The notes: generated from the sequence alone by a model not told the origin. A DNA stretch of 64,000 nucleotides from an uncultured delta proteobacterium (GCA_963848295.1 CAWKDB010000010.1:2336001-2400000); one strand, 5' to 3'; numbered from the stretch's first letter, positions 1-9,677 are shown. Numbers and translations are program-made.

Positions 1-78
1 TGGCGCGGGTTGGGCCCTGACAGCGCCCGAGACGACGACGAGCGCGAGTGCGAATGCGACACGACTGAACCAGGCCAT
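1..78 (-). CDS. 5' end of a secreted protein, truncated by the window edge; possibly an outer-membrane porin of the sulfate operon
   Basis: Read manually from ATG at 78: MAWFSRVAFALALVVVSGAVRAQPAP, a Sec signal peptide with VRA cleavage site. Porin identity is a guess from context. Confidence 0.6.
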   Translation of the reverse strand, partial: MAWFSRVAFALALVVVSGAVRAQPAP

Positions 79-95
79 GACAAGCCTCTGTCACC

Positions 96-159
96 GCCTC
101 CGGAGCTCCGGTCGGCGATCACGAGCGATCGGTTCGATGCCTCTCGTCTTCGAGTCGGC
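96..159 (-). promoter_or_regulatory. Two 21-nt hairpin motifs GCCGAC-NNN-N4-N'N'N'-GAGGC (candidate cis-regulatory RNA)
   Basis: Minus strand 159-139 GCCGACTCGAAGACGAGAGGC and 116-96 GCCGACCGGAGCTCCGGAGGC; identical flanks, covarying inner stem. Confidence 0.5.
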
Positions 160-169
160 GGAACAGCGG

Positions 170-328
170 TCAGGTCTGCGATCCTGCCTTCGCGGGTCTG
201 ATCTTTTCGGTGCGTGCGATCTGGACGATCTCGCCGTCATGCACGGCGATCACGAGCTCGCCGAACTTGAGCCCGACGAGCGCGGCGCGCACGAGCTCCA
301 ACGGCTCTGCATCGCGCGGCTTGGTCAT
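170..328 (-). CDS. YezD/DUF2292 (OscA-like) small protein, 52 aa
   Basis: Below the ORF-track cutoff. [52 protein letters not shown] carries the LxFGxxxIxVHDGxxxQIxxTEK signature; ATG overlaps the cysA stop (ATGA). Confidence 0.85.
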   Translation of the reverse strand: MTKPRDAEPLELVRAALVGLKFGELVIAVHDGEIVQIARTEKIRPAKAGSQT

Positions 329-1389
329 CGCGCTTCCTCTCGCGGGAAGATCCGGGCTGAGCGCACGCGCGCCGAGAGCTCCGCGCCTCGCACGACGCCG
401 AGCTCGTCGAGCTCGCGGAACGGGAGCTCGACGGTCAACACCTCGTTCTCCGCGGTCGTCACGGCGACGCGCGCCGCGATCCCGATCCGGCGCACGTGCG
501 ATACCGTCACCGCGATCGCGCCCTCGACGTCGCCGCGACCGAGCGCGAAGTCATGACCGCGGACGAACGCGCGGGCCGGCCCGGGCTGCACGCCGTCGCT
601 CGGCAGCTCGAGCCCACCCGCGACGAACATCTCGCCGCGCACCTCGCCGCGGAGCACGTTGACGCCGCCGAGGAAGTCCATGACGAACGCGCTCGTCGGC
701 CGGTCGAAGACGTCGTTGGGGTCGCCGGCTTGCTCGATCCGGCCGCGATTCATCACGATGATCTGATCGGCGACCTCGAGCGCCTCCTCCTGATCGTGGG
801 TCACGAACACCGACGTCACGTGCAGCTCGTCGTGCAGTCGCCGCATCCACGCCCGCAGCTCGGCGCGCACGCGCGCATCGAGGGCACCGAACGGCTCGTC
901 GAGCAGCAGCAGCTTGGGCGCTGGCGCGAGCGCACGAGCGAGCGCGACTCGTTGGCGCTGGCCACCGGACAGCTCGCGCGGATATCGCGTCGTCGTGCCG
1001 GCCAGCTGGACGCGCTCGACGAGGTCGCGCACGCGCGCTTCGATCTGCTCCTTGGTCGACGCGTTCGGGCCGCGCCGCACGCTCAGACCGAACGCGATGT
1101 TCTCGGCGACCGTCATGTGCTCGAACAGCGCGTAGTCCTGGAACACGAAGCCGACGCCGCGCTTCTGGATCGGTGCGTCGGTGACGTCGTCGCCAGCGAA
1201 CTTCACGCGACCGCGATCGGGCGCGTCGATGCCGGCGATCACCCGGAGCAACGTCGTCTTTCCCGACCCGGACGGGCCGAGCAGCGCGACCAGCTGCCCT
1301 GCCGGAATCTCGACGCTGACGTCGTCGAGCGCCGGGAACTCGGCAAACGCCTTCGAGACGTGCTCGACCGTGACCTTGAGCGCTGTCAT
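325..1389 (-). CDS. cysA: Sulfate ABC transporter ATP-binding protein
   Basis: GPSGSGKT Walker A, LSGGQRQR signature, [12 protein letters not shown]-terminal TOBE-like region; start at MTALKV overlaps the cysW stop. Confidence 0.95.
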   Translation of the reverse strand: MTALKVTVEHVSKAFAEFPALDDVSVEIPAGQLVALLGPSGSGKTTLLRVIAGIDAPDRGRVKFAGDDVTDAPIQKRGVGFVFQDYALFEHMTVAENIAFGLSVRRGPNASTKEQIEARVRDLVERVQLAGTTTRYPRELSGGQRQRVALARALAPAPKLLLLDEPFGALDARVRAELRAWMRRLHDELHVTSVFVTHDQEEALEVADQIIVMNRGRIEQAGDPNDVFDRPTSAFVMDFLGGVNVLRGEVRGEMFVAGGLELPSDGVQPGPARAFVRGHDFALGRGDVEGAIAVTVSHVRRIGIAARVAVTTAENEVLTVELPFRELDELGVVRGAELSARVRSARIFPREEAR

Positions 1390-2183
1390 CGCGACCTCCT
1401 GACGTGCCATTCCACGATCGTCTTGCACGCGATCGTCGCGGCCGCGATAGCGACGAGGATCGTCGCGACCGCGAATGCCGCCTGATACTGAAAATCGTTG
1501 TAGAGCACCTCGACCTGGAGCGGCACGGTGTCGGTCTTGCCCCGGATATGGCCCGACACGACCGAGACCGCACCGAACTCGCCGACCGCGCGCGCGGTGC
1601 ACAGGATCGCGCCCAGTAGTAGCGGCGACTTCAAGTTCGCGAGCGTGACTCGCCAGAAGGTCTGCCAAGGCGAGGCCCCGAGCGACAGCGCCGCGATCTC
1701 CTGCGCCGGGCCGCGCGCTTCGAGTGCCGGAATGAGCTCGCGCGCGACGAACGGAATCGTCACGAACGCGGTCGTCAGCACGATGCCCGGGACGGCGAAC
1801 ACGATCTTCAGGTGATGCGCCTCGAGGAACCGCCCGATCCAGCCGCGCGCACCGAACAACAGCACGAACATCATGCCGGCGATCACCGGCGACACCGCGA
1901 ACGGCAAGTCGATCAGCGCGACGAGCACGCGCTTGCCCGGGAACTGGAACCGCGTGATCGCCCACGCTGCCGCGAGCCCGAAGCCGATGTTGAGCGGCAC
2001 CGCGAGCGCCGCGACGAACAGCGTCAACCGGATCGCGGACCCCGAGTCCGGCTGCGTGATCGCCGCCCAGTACGGGCCCGCGCCGTCGCGAAACGCGACC
2101 GCGAACACGGTGACGAGCGGCACGACGAGAAACACGGCGAGAAACCCGAGTGCGACCGCGATCAACAATCGGCGCGCGATCAT
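1386..2183 (-). CDS. cysW: Sulfate ABC transporter permease
   Basis: [39 protein letters not shown] motifs; start MIARRLL overlaps the cysT stop. Confidence 0.95.
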   Translation of the reverse strand: MIARRLLIAVALGFLAVFLVVPLVTVFAVAFRDGAGPYWAAITQPDSGSAIRLTLFVAALAVPLNIGFGLAAAWAITRFQFPGKRVLVALIDLPFAVSPVIAGMMFVLLFGARGWIGRFLEAHHLKIVFAVPGIVLTTAFVTIPFVARELIPALEARGPAQEIAALSLGASPWQTFWRVTLANLKSPLLLGAILCTARAVGEFGAVSVVSGHIRGKTDTVPLQVEVLYNDFQYQAAFAVATILVAIAAATIACKTIVEWHVRRSR

Positions 2184-3067
2184 GGCCCCACCACCGTCGC
2201 CGCCGGAGGCTGCATGGTCGGAGGTGGCGGCGAGCGCCGGCGCAAGGTCGGGATCGTGCGGCCGCGGCGGCGCCACGTCAGGCCGTTGATCGCGATCAAG
2301 ATCGCGAACGAGGCGACGAGCATGACGAGCGACAGCGCGGTCGCGCCGGCGTAGTCGAACTGATCGAGCTTCGTCATCACGAGCAACGGCGTGATCTCGG
2401 TCTTCATCGGCAGGTTGCCGCTGATGAACACGACCGAGCCGTACTCGCCGAGAGCGCGCGCGAACGCGAGCGCGAACCCGGTGACGAGCGCGGGCTGCAA
2501 CGCGGGCAACACGACGCGAACGAACGCCTGCCAGCGGGTCGCACCGAGCGTCGCCGCCGCCTCCTCGAGCCGCGGATCGAGTCCGGCGAGCACCGGCTGC
2601 ACGCTGCGCACGACGAACGGCAAACCGATGAACGTCAGCGCGATGACGACGCCGAGGCGCGAGTACGCTGCATCTATGCCGACCGCGTCGAGGTAACGGC
2701 CGATCACGCCGTGCGGGCCCCAGGTCGCGGTCAACGCGATACCGGCGACCGCGGTCGGCAACGCGAACGGCAGATCGACGAACGCATCGACGATGCGCCG
2801 GCCCGGGAAGTCGTAGCGGACGAGCACCCACGCGACGACCAGCCCGAACCCGACGTCGAGCGTCGCGGCGATCAGCGACGCTCCGAGCGATAGCGCGAAC
2901 GAGGCGAGCGCGCGGTCGGACGAGATCGTGTGCCAGAGCTCGCCGAGTGACATCGAGGACGTCTCGAGCGCGATCGTCGACAGCGGAATCACGACGAGCA
3001 GCCCGAGATACGCGAGCGTGATGCCGAGCGAGAGACCGAAGCCGGGGAGTACGCGGCGCGCCATCAC
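2180..3067 (-). CDS. cysT: Sulfate ABC transporter permease
   Basis: [45 protein letters not shown] motifs. Confidence 0.95.
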   Translation of the reverse strand: MMARRVLPGFGLSLGITLAYLGLLVVIPLSTIALETSSMSLGELWHTISSDRALASFALSLGASLIAATLDVGFGLVVAWVLVRYDFPGRRIVDAFVDLPFALPTAVAGIALTATWGPHGVIGRYLDAVGIDAAYSRLGVVIALTFIGLPFVVRSVQPVLAGLDPRLEEAAATLGATRWQAFVRVVLPALQPALVTGFALAFARALGEYGSVVFISGNLPMKTEITPLLVMTKLDQFDYAGATALSLVMLVASFAILIAINGLTWRRRGRTIPTLRRRSPPPPTMQPPAATVVGP

Positions 3068-4071
3068 TACCTCGCGTAGATCGAATCGAACACGCCGCCG
3101 TCGGCGAAGTGCTTGCGCTGGACCGCGGCCCAGCCGCCGAGGTCGTCGATCGTGAACAGCTCGAGCGCGGGCAGCGGGTACTTCGCGGCGGCGATCGCGG
3201 AGCGCGGCCGATAGTGATCGCGCGCGATGATGTCCTGCGCGGGCTCGGTGTAGAGGAACTCGAGAAACGCGCGCGCGACCTCCGTCGTGCCATGGCGCAG
3301 GGCGTTGCTATCGACGACCGCGACCGGCGGCTCCGCGAGGATGCTGCGCGCCGGCACGACGATGTCGATCGCACCGGGCGCTTGCGCCTGCGCGAGATAC
3401 GCCTCGCTCTCCCACGCGAGCAGGACGTCGCCGATGCCGCGCTCGACGAACGTCGTGGTCGCGCCGCGCGCACCCGAGTCGAGCACCGGCACGTGGTGGT
3501 AGAGCGAGCGCACGAACTCGGTCGCGCCGGCCTCGCCTCCGCGTTGCAGCCCGTGGCCCCAAGCCGCGAGATACGCCCAGCGCGCGCCGCCCGAGGTCTT
3601 GGGATTCGGCGCGATCACCGCGACGTCGTCGCGCACGAGGTCGTCCCAGCCCGCGATGTGCTTCGGGTTGCCCTTGCGGACGACGAACACGATCGTCGAC
3701 GTGTACGGCGTCGCGCGGTGCGGCAGGCGGCTCTGCCAGTCGCTCGCCAGCAAGCCGTTCGCCGCGATCGCATCGATGTCGCCGGCGAGTGCGAGGCTGA
3801 CGACGTCGGCATCGAGGCCCCAGATCACCGACCGCGCCTGCTTGCCGGAGCCGCCGTGCGACTGGCGAATCGCGACCGCGATGTGGTGGCTCGCCTCGTA
3901 CGTCGCGGCGAACGCGGCATCGAGGTCCTGGTAGAGCTCGACGGTCGGGTCGTACGAGACGTTCAGCAGCTCGACCGACCCGTCGTCACCGCCCTCGCCA
4001 CACCCGAGCCCGAGCCCGAGCGCGAGCGCGAGCCCGAGCCCGATACTGAACGCGACCGCGAGCCGGGACAC
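3067..4071 (-). CDS. sbp: Sulfate/thiosulfate-binding lipoprotein
   Basis: [41 protein letters not shown] motifs; lipoprotein-type signal ending in GLGC. Confidence 0.95.
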   Translation of the reverse strand: MSRLAVAFSIGLGLALALGLGLGCGEGGDDGSVELLNVSYDPTVELYQDLDAAFAATYEASHHIAVAIRQSHGGSGKQARSVIWGLDADVVSLALAGDIDAIAANGLLASDWQSRLPHRATPYTSTIVFVVRKGNPKHIAGWDDLVRDDVAVIAPNPKTSGGARWAYLAAWGHGLQRGGEAGATEFVRSLYHHVPVLDSGARGATTTFVERGIGDVLLAWESEAYLAQAQAPGAIDIVVPARSILAEPPVAVVDSNALRHGTTEVARAFLEFLYTEPAQDIIARDHYRPRSAIAAAKYPLPALELFTIDDLGGWAAVQRKHFADGGVFDSIYAR

Positions 4072-4083
4072 GCGGCGCCACGG

Positions 4084-4099
4084 TGCATCGCCTAGGCCA
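4084..4099 (-). promoter_or_regulatory. sigma54 -24/-12 promoter for the sbp operon
   Basis: Minus strand TGGCCTAGGCGATGCA = GG-N10-GC, about 12 nt upstream of the sbp GTG and next to a sigma54 activator gene. Confidence 0.6.
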
Positions 4100-4125
4100 C
4101 CCGGTAAGCAGCTGATGAACCGATG

Positions 4126-4195
4126 TCCGCTATAACAGATTCTACGAAATATCGTGTATCACTCGAAATCTCGTGCGCTATCATGATATTTCGTG
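4126..4195. promoter_or_regulatory. Array of 14-bp pseudo-palindromic boxes (candidate regulator sites)
   Basis: TCCGCTATAACAGA 4126-4139; TACGAAATATCGTG 4143-4156; CTCGAAATCTCGTG 4162-4175; CATGATATTTCGTG 4182-4195. Confidence 0.6.
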
Positions 4196-5716
4196 GGTAT
4201 GGCACTCGACGGCCAGCTGTGGCGCGACGCTTCGCTGTCCGGCGACGTCGCCGATTTTTTCGAGCGGACCGGTGCGCGGCTGCTCGCCACGCTCGATGCC
4301 TCGACGATCGTCGTGCGGGTCGTCGACGGTTCGAGCGATCAGCATCACGTCGATACCGTCGCGGCGATCCGGCGCGGCGCGGTCGGGGTCGCGCACTCGG
4401 GGCGCGCGCGCACACCGCTGGGCGCCGCCGCGATGGCGCGCCTCCTCGCCTGGATCGAAGCGGGTATGCCCGAGCGCGCCGGCGGTCGCGGCGCGTCCGC
4501 GGTCGCGCGCGATCTACTGCGCGGGGTCGGCGAGCTCGACGAGGAATGGTTCGTGGTGCCGCTCGCCGCGCACGCCGAGCCGCTCGGCGCCTTGCTCGTG
4601 GCGGCGCGCGGGCTCGAGCCCCGCCAGCTCGCCGGGATCAGCGAGCCGATCTCCGCCGTGCTGTCGACCGAGCATGCGCGGCGCGAGCTCACGCGGCTGC
4701 GAGAAGCCGCGGAGGCCGACCGCGCGGCCGCCCTCGCCCGCCTGCAGATTCGCGATATCGGCGTCGCGATCGTGGGCGCCGACTCCGGTCTGCGCGACGT
4801 GATGAGGCAGGTCGAGCAAGTCGCTCCGACCGGCGCGCCGGTGTTGATCCTGGGCGAGACCGGCTCGGGCAAGGAGGTCGTCGCTCGCGCGATTCACGAG
4901 CGCTCCGATCGCGCGAGCGGGCCGGTGTTGCGCGTGAACTGCGGCGCGATCGCGCCCGAGCTCGTCGATTCCGAGCTGTTCGGCCACGAGCGCGGCAGCT
5001 TCACCGGCGCGGCGACTCAGCGCCGCGGCTGGTTCGAGCGCGCGGATGGCGGCACGCTGTTTCTCGACGAGATCGGCGAGCTGCCGCACGCGGCACAGGT
5101 CCGGCTGTTGCGGGTGTTGCAGGACGGCACGTTCGAGCGCGTCGGCGGATCGCGCCCGCTCTCGGTCGATGTTCGCGTGGTCGCCGCGACCCACAGCGAT
5201 CTCGCCGCGATGGTGCGCTCCAAGCTGTTTCGCGAAGACCTCTGGTATCGCATCAACACGTTCGTGATCCGGCTGCCGCCGCTACGCGAGCGCGTCGGCG
5301 ACATTCCGGTGCTCGCCGAGCACTTCGCGGATCGCGCGGGGCGCCGATTCGGCGCCGGTCCGCTGTCGCTCACCGCGAGCGACGTCGCTCTGCTCGCCGC
5401 GTACGACTGGCCCGGCAACGTCCGCGAGCTATCCGCGGTGATCGAGCGCGCGGCGATCCTGGGCGACGGTCGCCGGCTCGACGTCGCGCGCGCGCTCGGC
5501 GCGACCGATCGCGTCGCGCTCGCGGCGGACTCGGGAGACCGGTTCCCGACTCTCGACGACGCGATGCGCTCCCACATCGAGCGCGCGCTCGCTCGTGCCC
5601 GCGGCCGGATCGACGGGCCGAAAGGCGCGGCCGCACTACTCGCGATCCATCCGAACACGTTGCGCTCGCGCATGCACAAGCTCGGCGTCGCCTGGGACCG
5701 GTTCCGCCAGGTGTGA
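4193..5716 (+). CDS. sigma54-dependent transcriptional activator (GAF-like N-terminus, AAA+, FhlA-like HTH)
   Basis: GETGSGKE, ELFGHERGSFTGA, FLDEIGE, WPGNVREL, GAAALLAIHPNTLRSRM. Start may be ATG 4199. Confidence 0.93.
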   Translation: MGMALDGQLWRDASLSGDVADFFERTGARLLATLDASTIVVRVVDGSSDQHHVDTVAAIRRGAVGVAHSGRARTPLGAAAMARLLAWIEAGMPERAGGRGASAVARDLLRGVGELDEEWFVVPLAAHAEPLGALLVAARGLEPRQLAGISEPISAVLSTEHARRELTRLREAAEADRAAALARLQIRDIGVAIVGADSGLRDVMRQVEQVAPTGAPVLILGETGSGKEVVARAIHERSDRASGPVLRVNCGAIAPELVDSELFGHERGSFTGAATQRRGWFERADGGTLFLDEIGELPHAAQVRLLRVLQDGTFERVGGSRPLSVDVRVVAATHSDLAAMVRSKLFREDLWYRINTFVIRLPPLRERVGDIPVLAEHFADRAGRRFGAGPLSLTASDVALLAAYDWPGNVRELSAVIERAAILGDGRRLDVARALGATDRVALAADSGDRFPTLDDAMRSHIERALARARGRIDGPKGAAALLAIHPNTLRSRMHKLGVAWDRFRQV

Positions 5717-5718
5717 TA

Positions 5719-5776
5719 TCCGCTATAGTTGACAAGGCATCCGCTGTCGCGCTAGACATGTATCCGTTATGGCGGA
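5719..5776 (+). promoter_or_regulatory. sigma70-type promoter for cysH overlapped by three TCCGCTATAGCGGA-like boxes
   Basis: TTGACA 5729-5734, 18 nt, TAGACA 5753-5758; boxes start at 5719, 5740 and 5763. Confidence 0.55.
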
Positions 5777-6476
5777 TGACAGCTCGACCTTGCCGCGGGC
5801 GCTCGAGGGAGCCCCTGTGTTGGATGTCTTGCGCTGGGCGGCGACCGCCTTCCCACGGGTAACGTTCGCGACCGGCTTCGGCGCCGAGGGATGCGTGCTC
5901 ATCGACCTGATCGCGCGCCACCACCTGCCGATCGATCTGTTCACGCTCGACACCGGTGTGCTGTTTCGCGAGACGTATGCGCTGTGGCGCGAGCTCGAAC
6001 GCCACTACGGCGTCACGATTCGAGCGGTCCGTCCGGCTCAGACGATCGACCAGCAAGCTGCGCACCACGGCGCCGCCCTGTGGTCGCGCGATCCGGACCG
6101 CTGCTGCGAGCTCCGCAAGATCGCGCCGCTGCGCGCCGAGCTGTCCGGGTTCGACGCCTGGATCACCGCGATCCGCAGGGAGCAAACGCCCGAGCGCTCG
6201 ACCGCGCGCGTCGTCGAGCACGACGCGAAGTTTGGTCTGATCAAGGTCAACCCGCTTGCCGCGTGGACCCACGAAGACGTGTGGGGCCACATCTACCTCC
6301 ACGACGTTCCGTACAACCCGCTCCACGAGCGCGGCTATCCGTCGATCGGCTGCGAGCCGTGCACCTCCGCGATCGTGCCGGGCGAGAGCCTGCGCGCGGG
6401 TCGCTGGCGCGGCGCCGGCAAGCGCGAATGCGGGCTGCACGTGGCGGCTCCGGTCCAAGCCAAGGAGAGATCATGA
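5769..6476 (+). CDS. cysH: APS/PAPS reductase (4Fe-4S, APS-type)
   Basis: LDTG, RCCELRK, GYPSIGCEPCT, RAGRW, ECGLH. Confidence 0.95.
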   Translation: MADDSSTLPRALEGAPVLDVLRWAATAFPRVTFATGFGAEGCVLIDLIARHHLPIDLFTLDTGVLFRETYALWRELERHYGVTIRAVRPAQTIDQQAAHHGAALWSRDPDRCCELRKIAPLRAELSGFDAWITAIRREQTPERSTARVVEHDAKFGLIKVNPLAAWTHEDVWGHIYLHDVPYNPLHERGYPSIGCEPCTSAIVPGESLRAGRWRGAGKRECGLHVAAPVQAKERS

Positions 6477-7120
6477 CGCTCTACCCGGTGTTCCTGAAGC
6501 TCGATGCGCTGCCGGTCGTCATCGTCGGCGGCGGACAGGTCGCGGCGGAGAAGCTCGCCGGCCTCGTCGCCGCCGGTGCGCGCGTCACGGTCGTCGCGCC
6601 ACACGTCTCGCCCGCGATTCGCTCGCAGGCGACGGTCATCGACGGCGCCGGCTCGCCCCGCGACGGCGGCACCGCCGAAGGGCGGTGCGGCTTGATCGAA
6701 CGCGAGTTCCGCGCGAGCGATCTCGATGGCACGCGCTGGGTCGTCGCCGCCGCGACGCCCGACGTCAATCGCGCGGTGGCGGTCGCCGCTGAAGCGCGCG
6801 GCTTGTTCGTCAATGCGGTCGACGATCCCGACGCCGCGACCGCCTACCTCGGTGGCGTCGTGCGCCGCGGCGATGTCGAGATCGCGATCTCCACGAACGG
6901 GCGCGCTCCCGCGCTCGCCGGCTTGCTGCGCGAGGCGCTCGATGCGGTGTTGCCGGATGATCTCGAGCGCTGGATCGATGTCGCGATCGCGGAGCGCACC
7001 GAGCACCGTCGCCGGCGCGTTCCGATCGCCGAGCGCCGCCCGTTGCTCCTCCGCGCACTCGATCGGCTGTACGAGCAACGCCTCGGCCCGACCTCGGAGC
7101 AGCCGCGGAGCACGTCGTGA
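6473..7120 (+). CDS. Precorrin-2 dehydrogenase/sirohydrochlorin ferrochelatase (CysG N-terminal half), with a 19-aa insertion
   Basis: MTLYPVFLKL, VGGGQVA, VNAVDDP, ISTNGRAPALA; ATG overlaps the cysH stop. Confidence 0.92.
   Translation: MTLYPVFLKLDALPVVIVGGGQVAAEKLAGLVAAGARVTVVAPHVSPAIRSQATVIDGAGSPRDGGTAEGRCGLIEREFRASDLDGTRWVVAAATPDVNRAVAVAAEARGLFVNAVDDPDAATAYLGGVVRRGDVEIAISTNGRAPALAGLLREALDAVLPDDLERWIDVAIAERTEHRRRRVPIAERRPLLLRALDRLYEQRLGPTSEQPRSTS
6638..6699. repeat. 57-bp in-frame hairpin insertion, copy 1
   Basis: ATCGA direct repeats at 6638 and 6695; perfect hairpin GCACCGCC-GAAG-GGCGGTGC. Confidence 0.8.
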
Positions 7121-7935
7121 CCGGCAGCGTCGCGCTCGTCGGTGCGGGCCCGGGCGATCCCGAGCTGCTCACCGTGCGCGCGGTCGACCGCCTGCGCGCC
7201 GCAGATCTCGTGCTCTACGACGCGCTCACGCCCGAGAGCTTGCTCGCGCTCGCGCCGAACGCGAAGCGATTCTTCGTCGGCAAACGCGCGGGACGTCATT
7301 CGATCGACGGACGGGGCTTGTCCCCGGCCGGCAGCGCCGCCGCAGGACGGCGCGGTTGGATCGAGCAACGGGAGATCCACGGCCTGATGATCCGCGCCGC
7401 GCGGCGCGGTGATCGCGTCGTCCGGCTCAAGTGCGGCGATCCGTTCGTGCTCGGCCGCGGCGGCGAAGAGGCGCTCGCACTCGAGGCGGCGGGCGTGACG
7501 TACGAGATCGTGCCCGGCCTGAGCTCCGCGCTCGCGGCACCCGCGCTCGCCGGCATCCCGGTGACCCATCGCGGGGTCGCGGCCGGGTTCGCCGTGATCT
7601 CCGGCCACGCGGCGAGCGCGTACGAACCGATGATCGACTCGATCGCGCCGGGTGCCCTGACGCTCGTCGTGTTGATGGGCCTGCGCACGCGCACCGAGCT
7701 CGCCGCGCACCTCGTCGCCCGCGGCTGGTCGGCCGAGACGCCGGCGGCGATCGTGCTCGCCGCGTCGCAACCGGGCGAGACGCGCTACCTCGGTACGCTC
7801 GCGACGCTCGGCGAGCTCGCGGCCAGCGCCGACATCGAGTCGCCCGGCGTGATCGTGATCGGCGAGGTCGTCCGCTTGGCGGACGCGATCGGCCGGCGCG
7901 AAGTCATCTTGCCCGAAGCTGCGAGGTCGTCATGA
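7117..7935 (+). CDS. cobA: Uroporphyrinogen-III C-methyltransferase, with a 19-aa insertion
   Basis: VGAGPGDPELLT, VVRLKCGDPFVLGRGGEE, IVPGLSS, GIPVTHRG. Confidence 0.95.
   Translation: MTGSVALVGAGPGDPELLTVRAVDRLRAADLVLYDALTPESLLALAPNAKRFFVGKRAGRHSIDGRGLSPAGSAAAGRRGWIEQREIHGLMIRAARRGDRVVRLKCGDPFVLGRGGEEALALEAAGVTYEIVPGLSSALAAPALAGIPVTHRGVAAGFAVISGHAASAYEPMIDSIAPGALTLVVLMGLRTRTELAAHLVARGWSAETPAAIVLAASQPGETRYLGTLATLGELAASADIESPGVIVIGEVVRLADAIGRREVILPEAARSS
7303..7364. repeat. 57-bp in-frame hairpin insertion, copy 2
   Basis: ATCGA direct repeats at 7303 and 7360; hairpins CGGGG-CTTGT-CCCCG and GCGCCGCC-GCAG-GACGGCGC; 36/52 internal positions match copy 1. Confidence 0.8.
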
Positions 7936-9677
7936 GTGTCACTGCTGCTCCGATCCCGGTCGGCCGCCTCGGCTTTGCGAACCACGAGGACATCGACCTG
8001 TTCGTGCAACGCCTCGATGCGTTCGAGCGCGGCGAGCTGTCCGCCGACGACTGGCGGTCATTTCGTTTGCTCAACGGCGTCTACGGGCAACGCCAGGACG
8101 GCGTGATGATGCTGCGCGCGAAGCTCCCCGCCGGCATCGCGACGCCCGCTCAGCTCGAAGCGCTCGCCGAGGTCGCCGATCGGTTCGCCCACGGCAAAGG
8201 CCACATCACGACCCGGCAAAACGTCCAGTTCCACTTCGTGGCGGCCACCGAGGTCGAGACCGCGCTGCGGTTGCTCGCCGACTCCGGGATCACGACGCGC
8301 GAGGCGTGCGGACATTCAGTGCGCAACTGGACGTGCTGCCCGTTCGCCGGCGTCGCGCGCGGCGAAGCGTTCGACCCGACACCGTACGTCGAGGCCCTCG
8401 CTCGCCACTTGCTGCGCGGCCCGTACTCGTCGTCGCTGCCGCGCAAGCTCAAGCCGTCGCTCGGCGGCTGCTGCGGCACCGACTGTTCGCAGGCGTTCAT
8501 CAACGACCTCGGGCTGCTCGCGCGCTCGCGCGATGGCGAGATCGGGTTCCAGCTGCTCGCCGGCGGTGGCTTGTCGACGCTGCGCCGCAGCGCGCTGATC
8601 GTCGAAGACTTCGTACCCGCCGTCGAGGTCCTCGAAGCTGCCGACGCGGTGGTCCGGGTGTTTCATCGCATCGGCAATCGCCACAATCGGGCGAAGGCGC
8701 GGCTCAAGTGGGCGATCGACAAGATCGGCTCGGAGGCCTTCCTCGCGGAGTACCGCGCCGAACGCGACGTGATTCGCGCCGAGGGTGGCGTGCCACTCGT
8801 GCTACCGCCGCAACCGGAGGTCCGGCCCGCGTTGCGCACTCCGCTCGGCGTGTTCGCGTCGGTGACCCCGGAGTACAGCGCGTGGGCGACCGACAGCGTG
8901 CGCGCCCAGAAACAACACGGCTTCTCGGCCGTCGTGATCCGCCTCGTGCTCGGCGACGTCACCGCGCCACAGCTGCGTTCGCTCGCTCGGTTGTGCGTCC
9001 ACTATGGCGACGGCGAGCTGCGCACGACGAACGAGCAGAACCTCGTGCTGCGCTGGGTCGCGACTGCGCGGTTGCCCGCGTTGCATCGCGAGCTCGCCGC
9101 GATCGGGCTCGCACGCTCCGGTGCGAACACGATCGCCGACGTGACGAGCTGCCCGGGCGCTTCGACTTGCAAGCTCGCGGTCACCGCGTCACGCGGGCTC
9201 GGCGCGACCCTGACCGAGCAGCTCGACGACTTGATCCGGCGCCGTCCCGAGCTCGCCGCCGCGACTCGCGGCCTCGACATCAAGGTCTCGGGCTGTCCGC
9301 ACGGTTGCGGTCAGCACTACATCGCCGGCATCGGGTTCCAGGGCGGGATGCGCAAGGTCGCGGGCCGTCCCGCGCCGCAGTATCTCGTCTATGTCGGCGG
9401 CGGCATCACCGCCGATCGCGCGGACTTCGGGCGGTTGATCGCGAAGGTGCCGGCGCGACGCGCGGGCGCCGCCCTCGAACGGTTGCTCGACTTCTATACC
9501 GAGCACGGCGGCACCGGGCATACGTTCTGGACCGACATCGCGACCGACGAGCTCAAGGGCGTGATCGGCGACCTCGCGACGCTGCGCGACGAGGATGCGA
9601 TCGAGGCCGACTTCGTGGATCTCGGCGAAACCAGCGCGTTCGAGGTCTCGAACAGCGAGGGCGAATGCGCGTCGTAG
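7932..9677 (+). CDS. Ferredoxin-type sulfite/nitrite reductase hemoprotein
   Basis: GVYGQRQ, ITTRQNVQFH, LPRK; siroheme/Fe-S ligands SCPGASTCKLA and SGCPHGCGQH; ATG overlaps the cobA stop. Confidence 0.92.
   Translation: MSVTAAPIPVGRLGFANHEDIDLFVQRLDAFERGELSADDWRSFRLLNGVYGQRQDGVMMLRAKLPAGIATPAQLEALAEVADRFAHGKGHITTRQNVQFHFVAATEVETALRLLADSGITTREACGHSVRNWTCCPFAGVARGEAFDPTPYVEALARHLLRGPYSSSLPRKLKPSLGGCCGTDCSQAFINDLGLLARSRDGEIGFQLLAGGGLSTLRRSALIVEDFVPAVEVLEAADAVVRVFHRIGNRHNRAKARLKWAIDKIGSEAFLAEYRAERDVIRAEGGVPLVLPPQPEVRPALRTPLGVFASVTPEYSAWATDSVRAQKQHGFSAVVIRLVLGDVTAPQLRSLARLCVHYGDGELRTTNEQNLVLRWVATARLPALHRELAAIGLARSGANTIADVTSCPGASTCKLAVTASRGLGATLTEQLDDLIRRRPELAAATRGLDIKVSGCPHGCGQHYIAGIGFQGGMRKVAGRPAPQYLVYVGGGITADRADFGRLIAKVPARRAGAALERLLDFYTEHGGTGHTFWTDIATDELKGVIGDLATLRDEDAIEADFVDLGETSAFEVSNSEGECAS

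Noticed and set aside
4002..4043. CCCGAG/CGCGAG hexamer tandem repeat
   Set aside because: Encodes the LG/LA-rich signal peptide of Sbp; ordinary low complexity.
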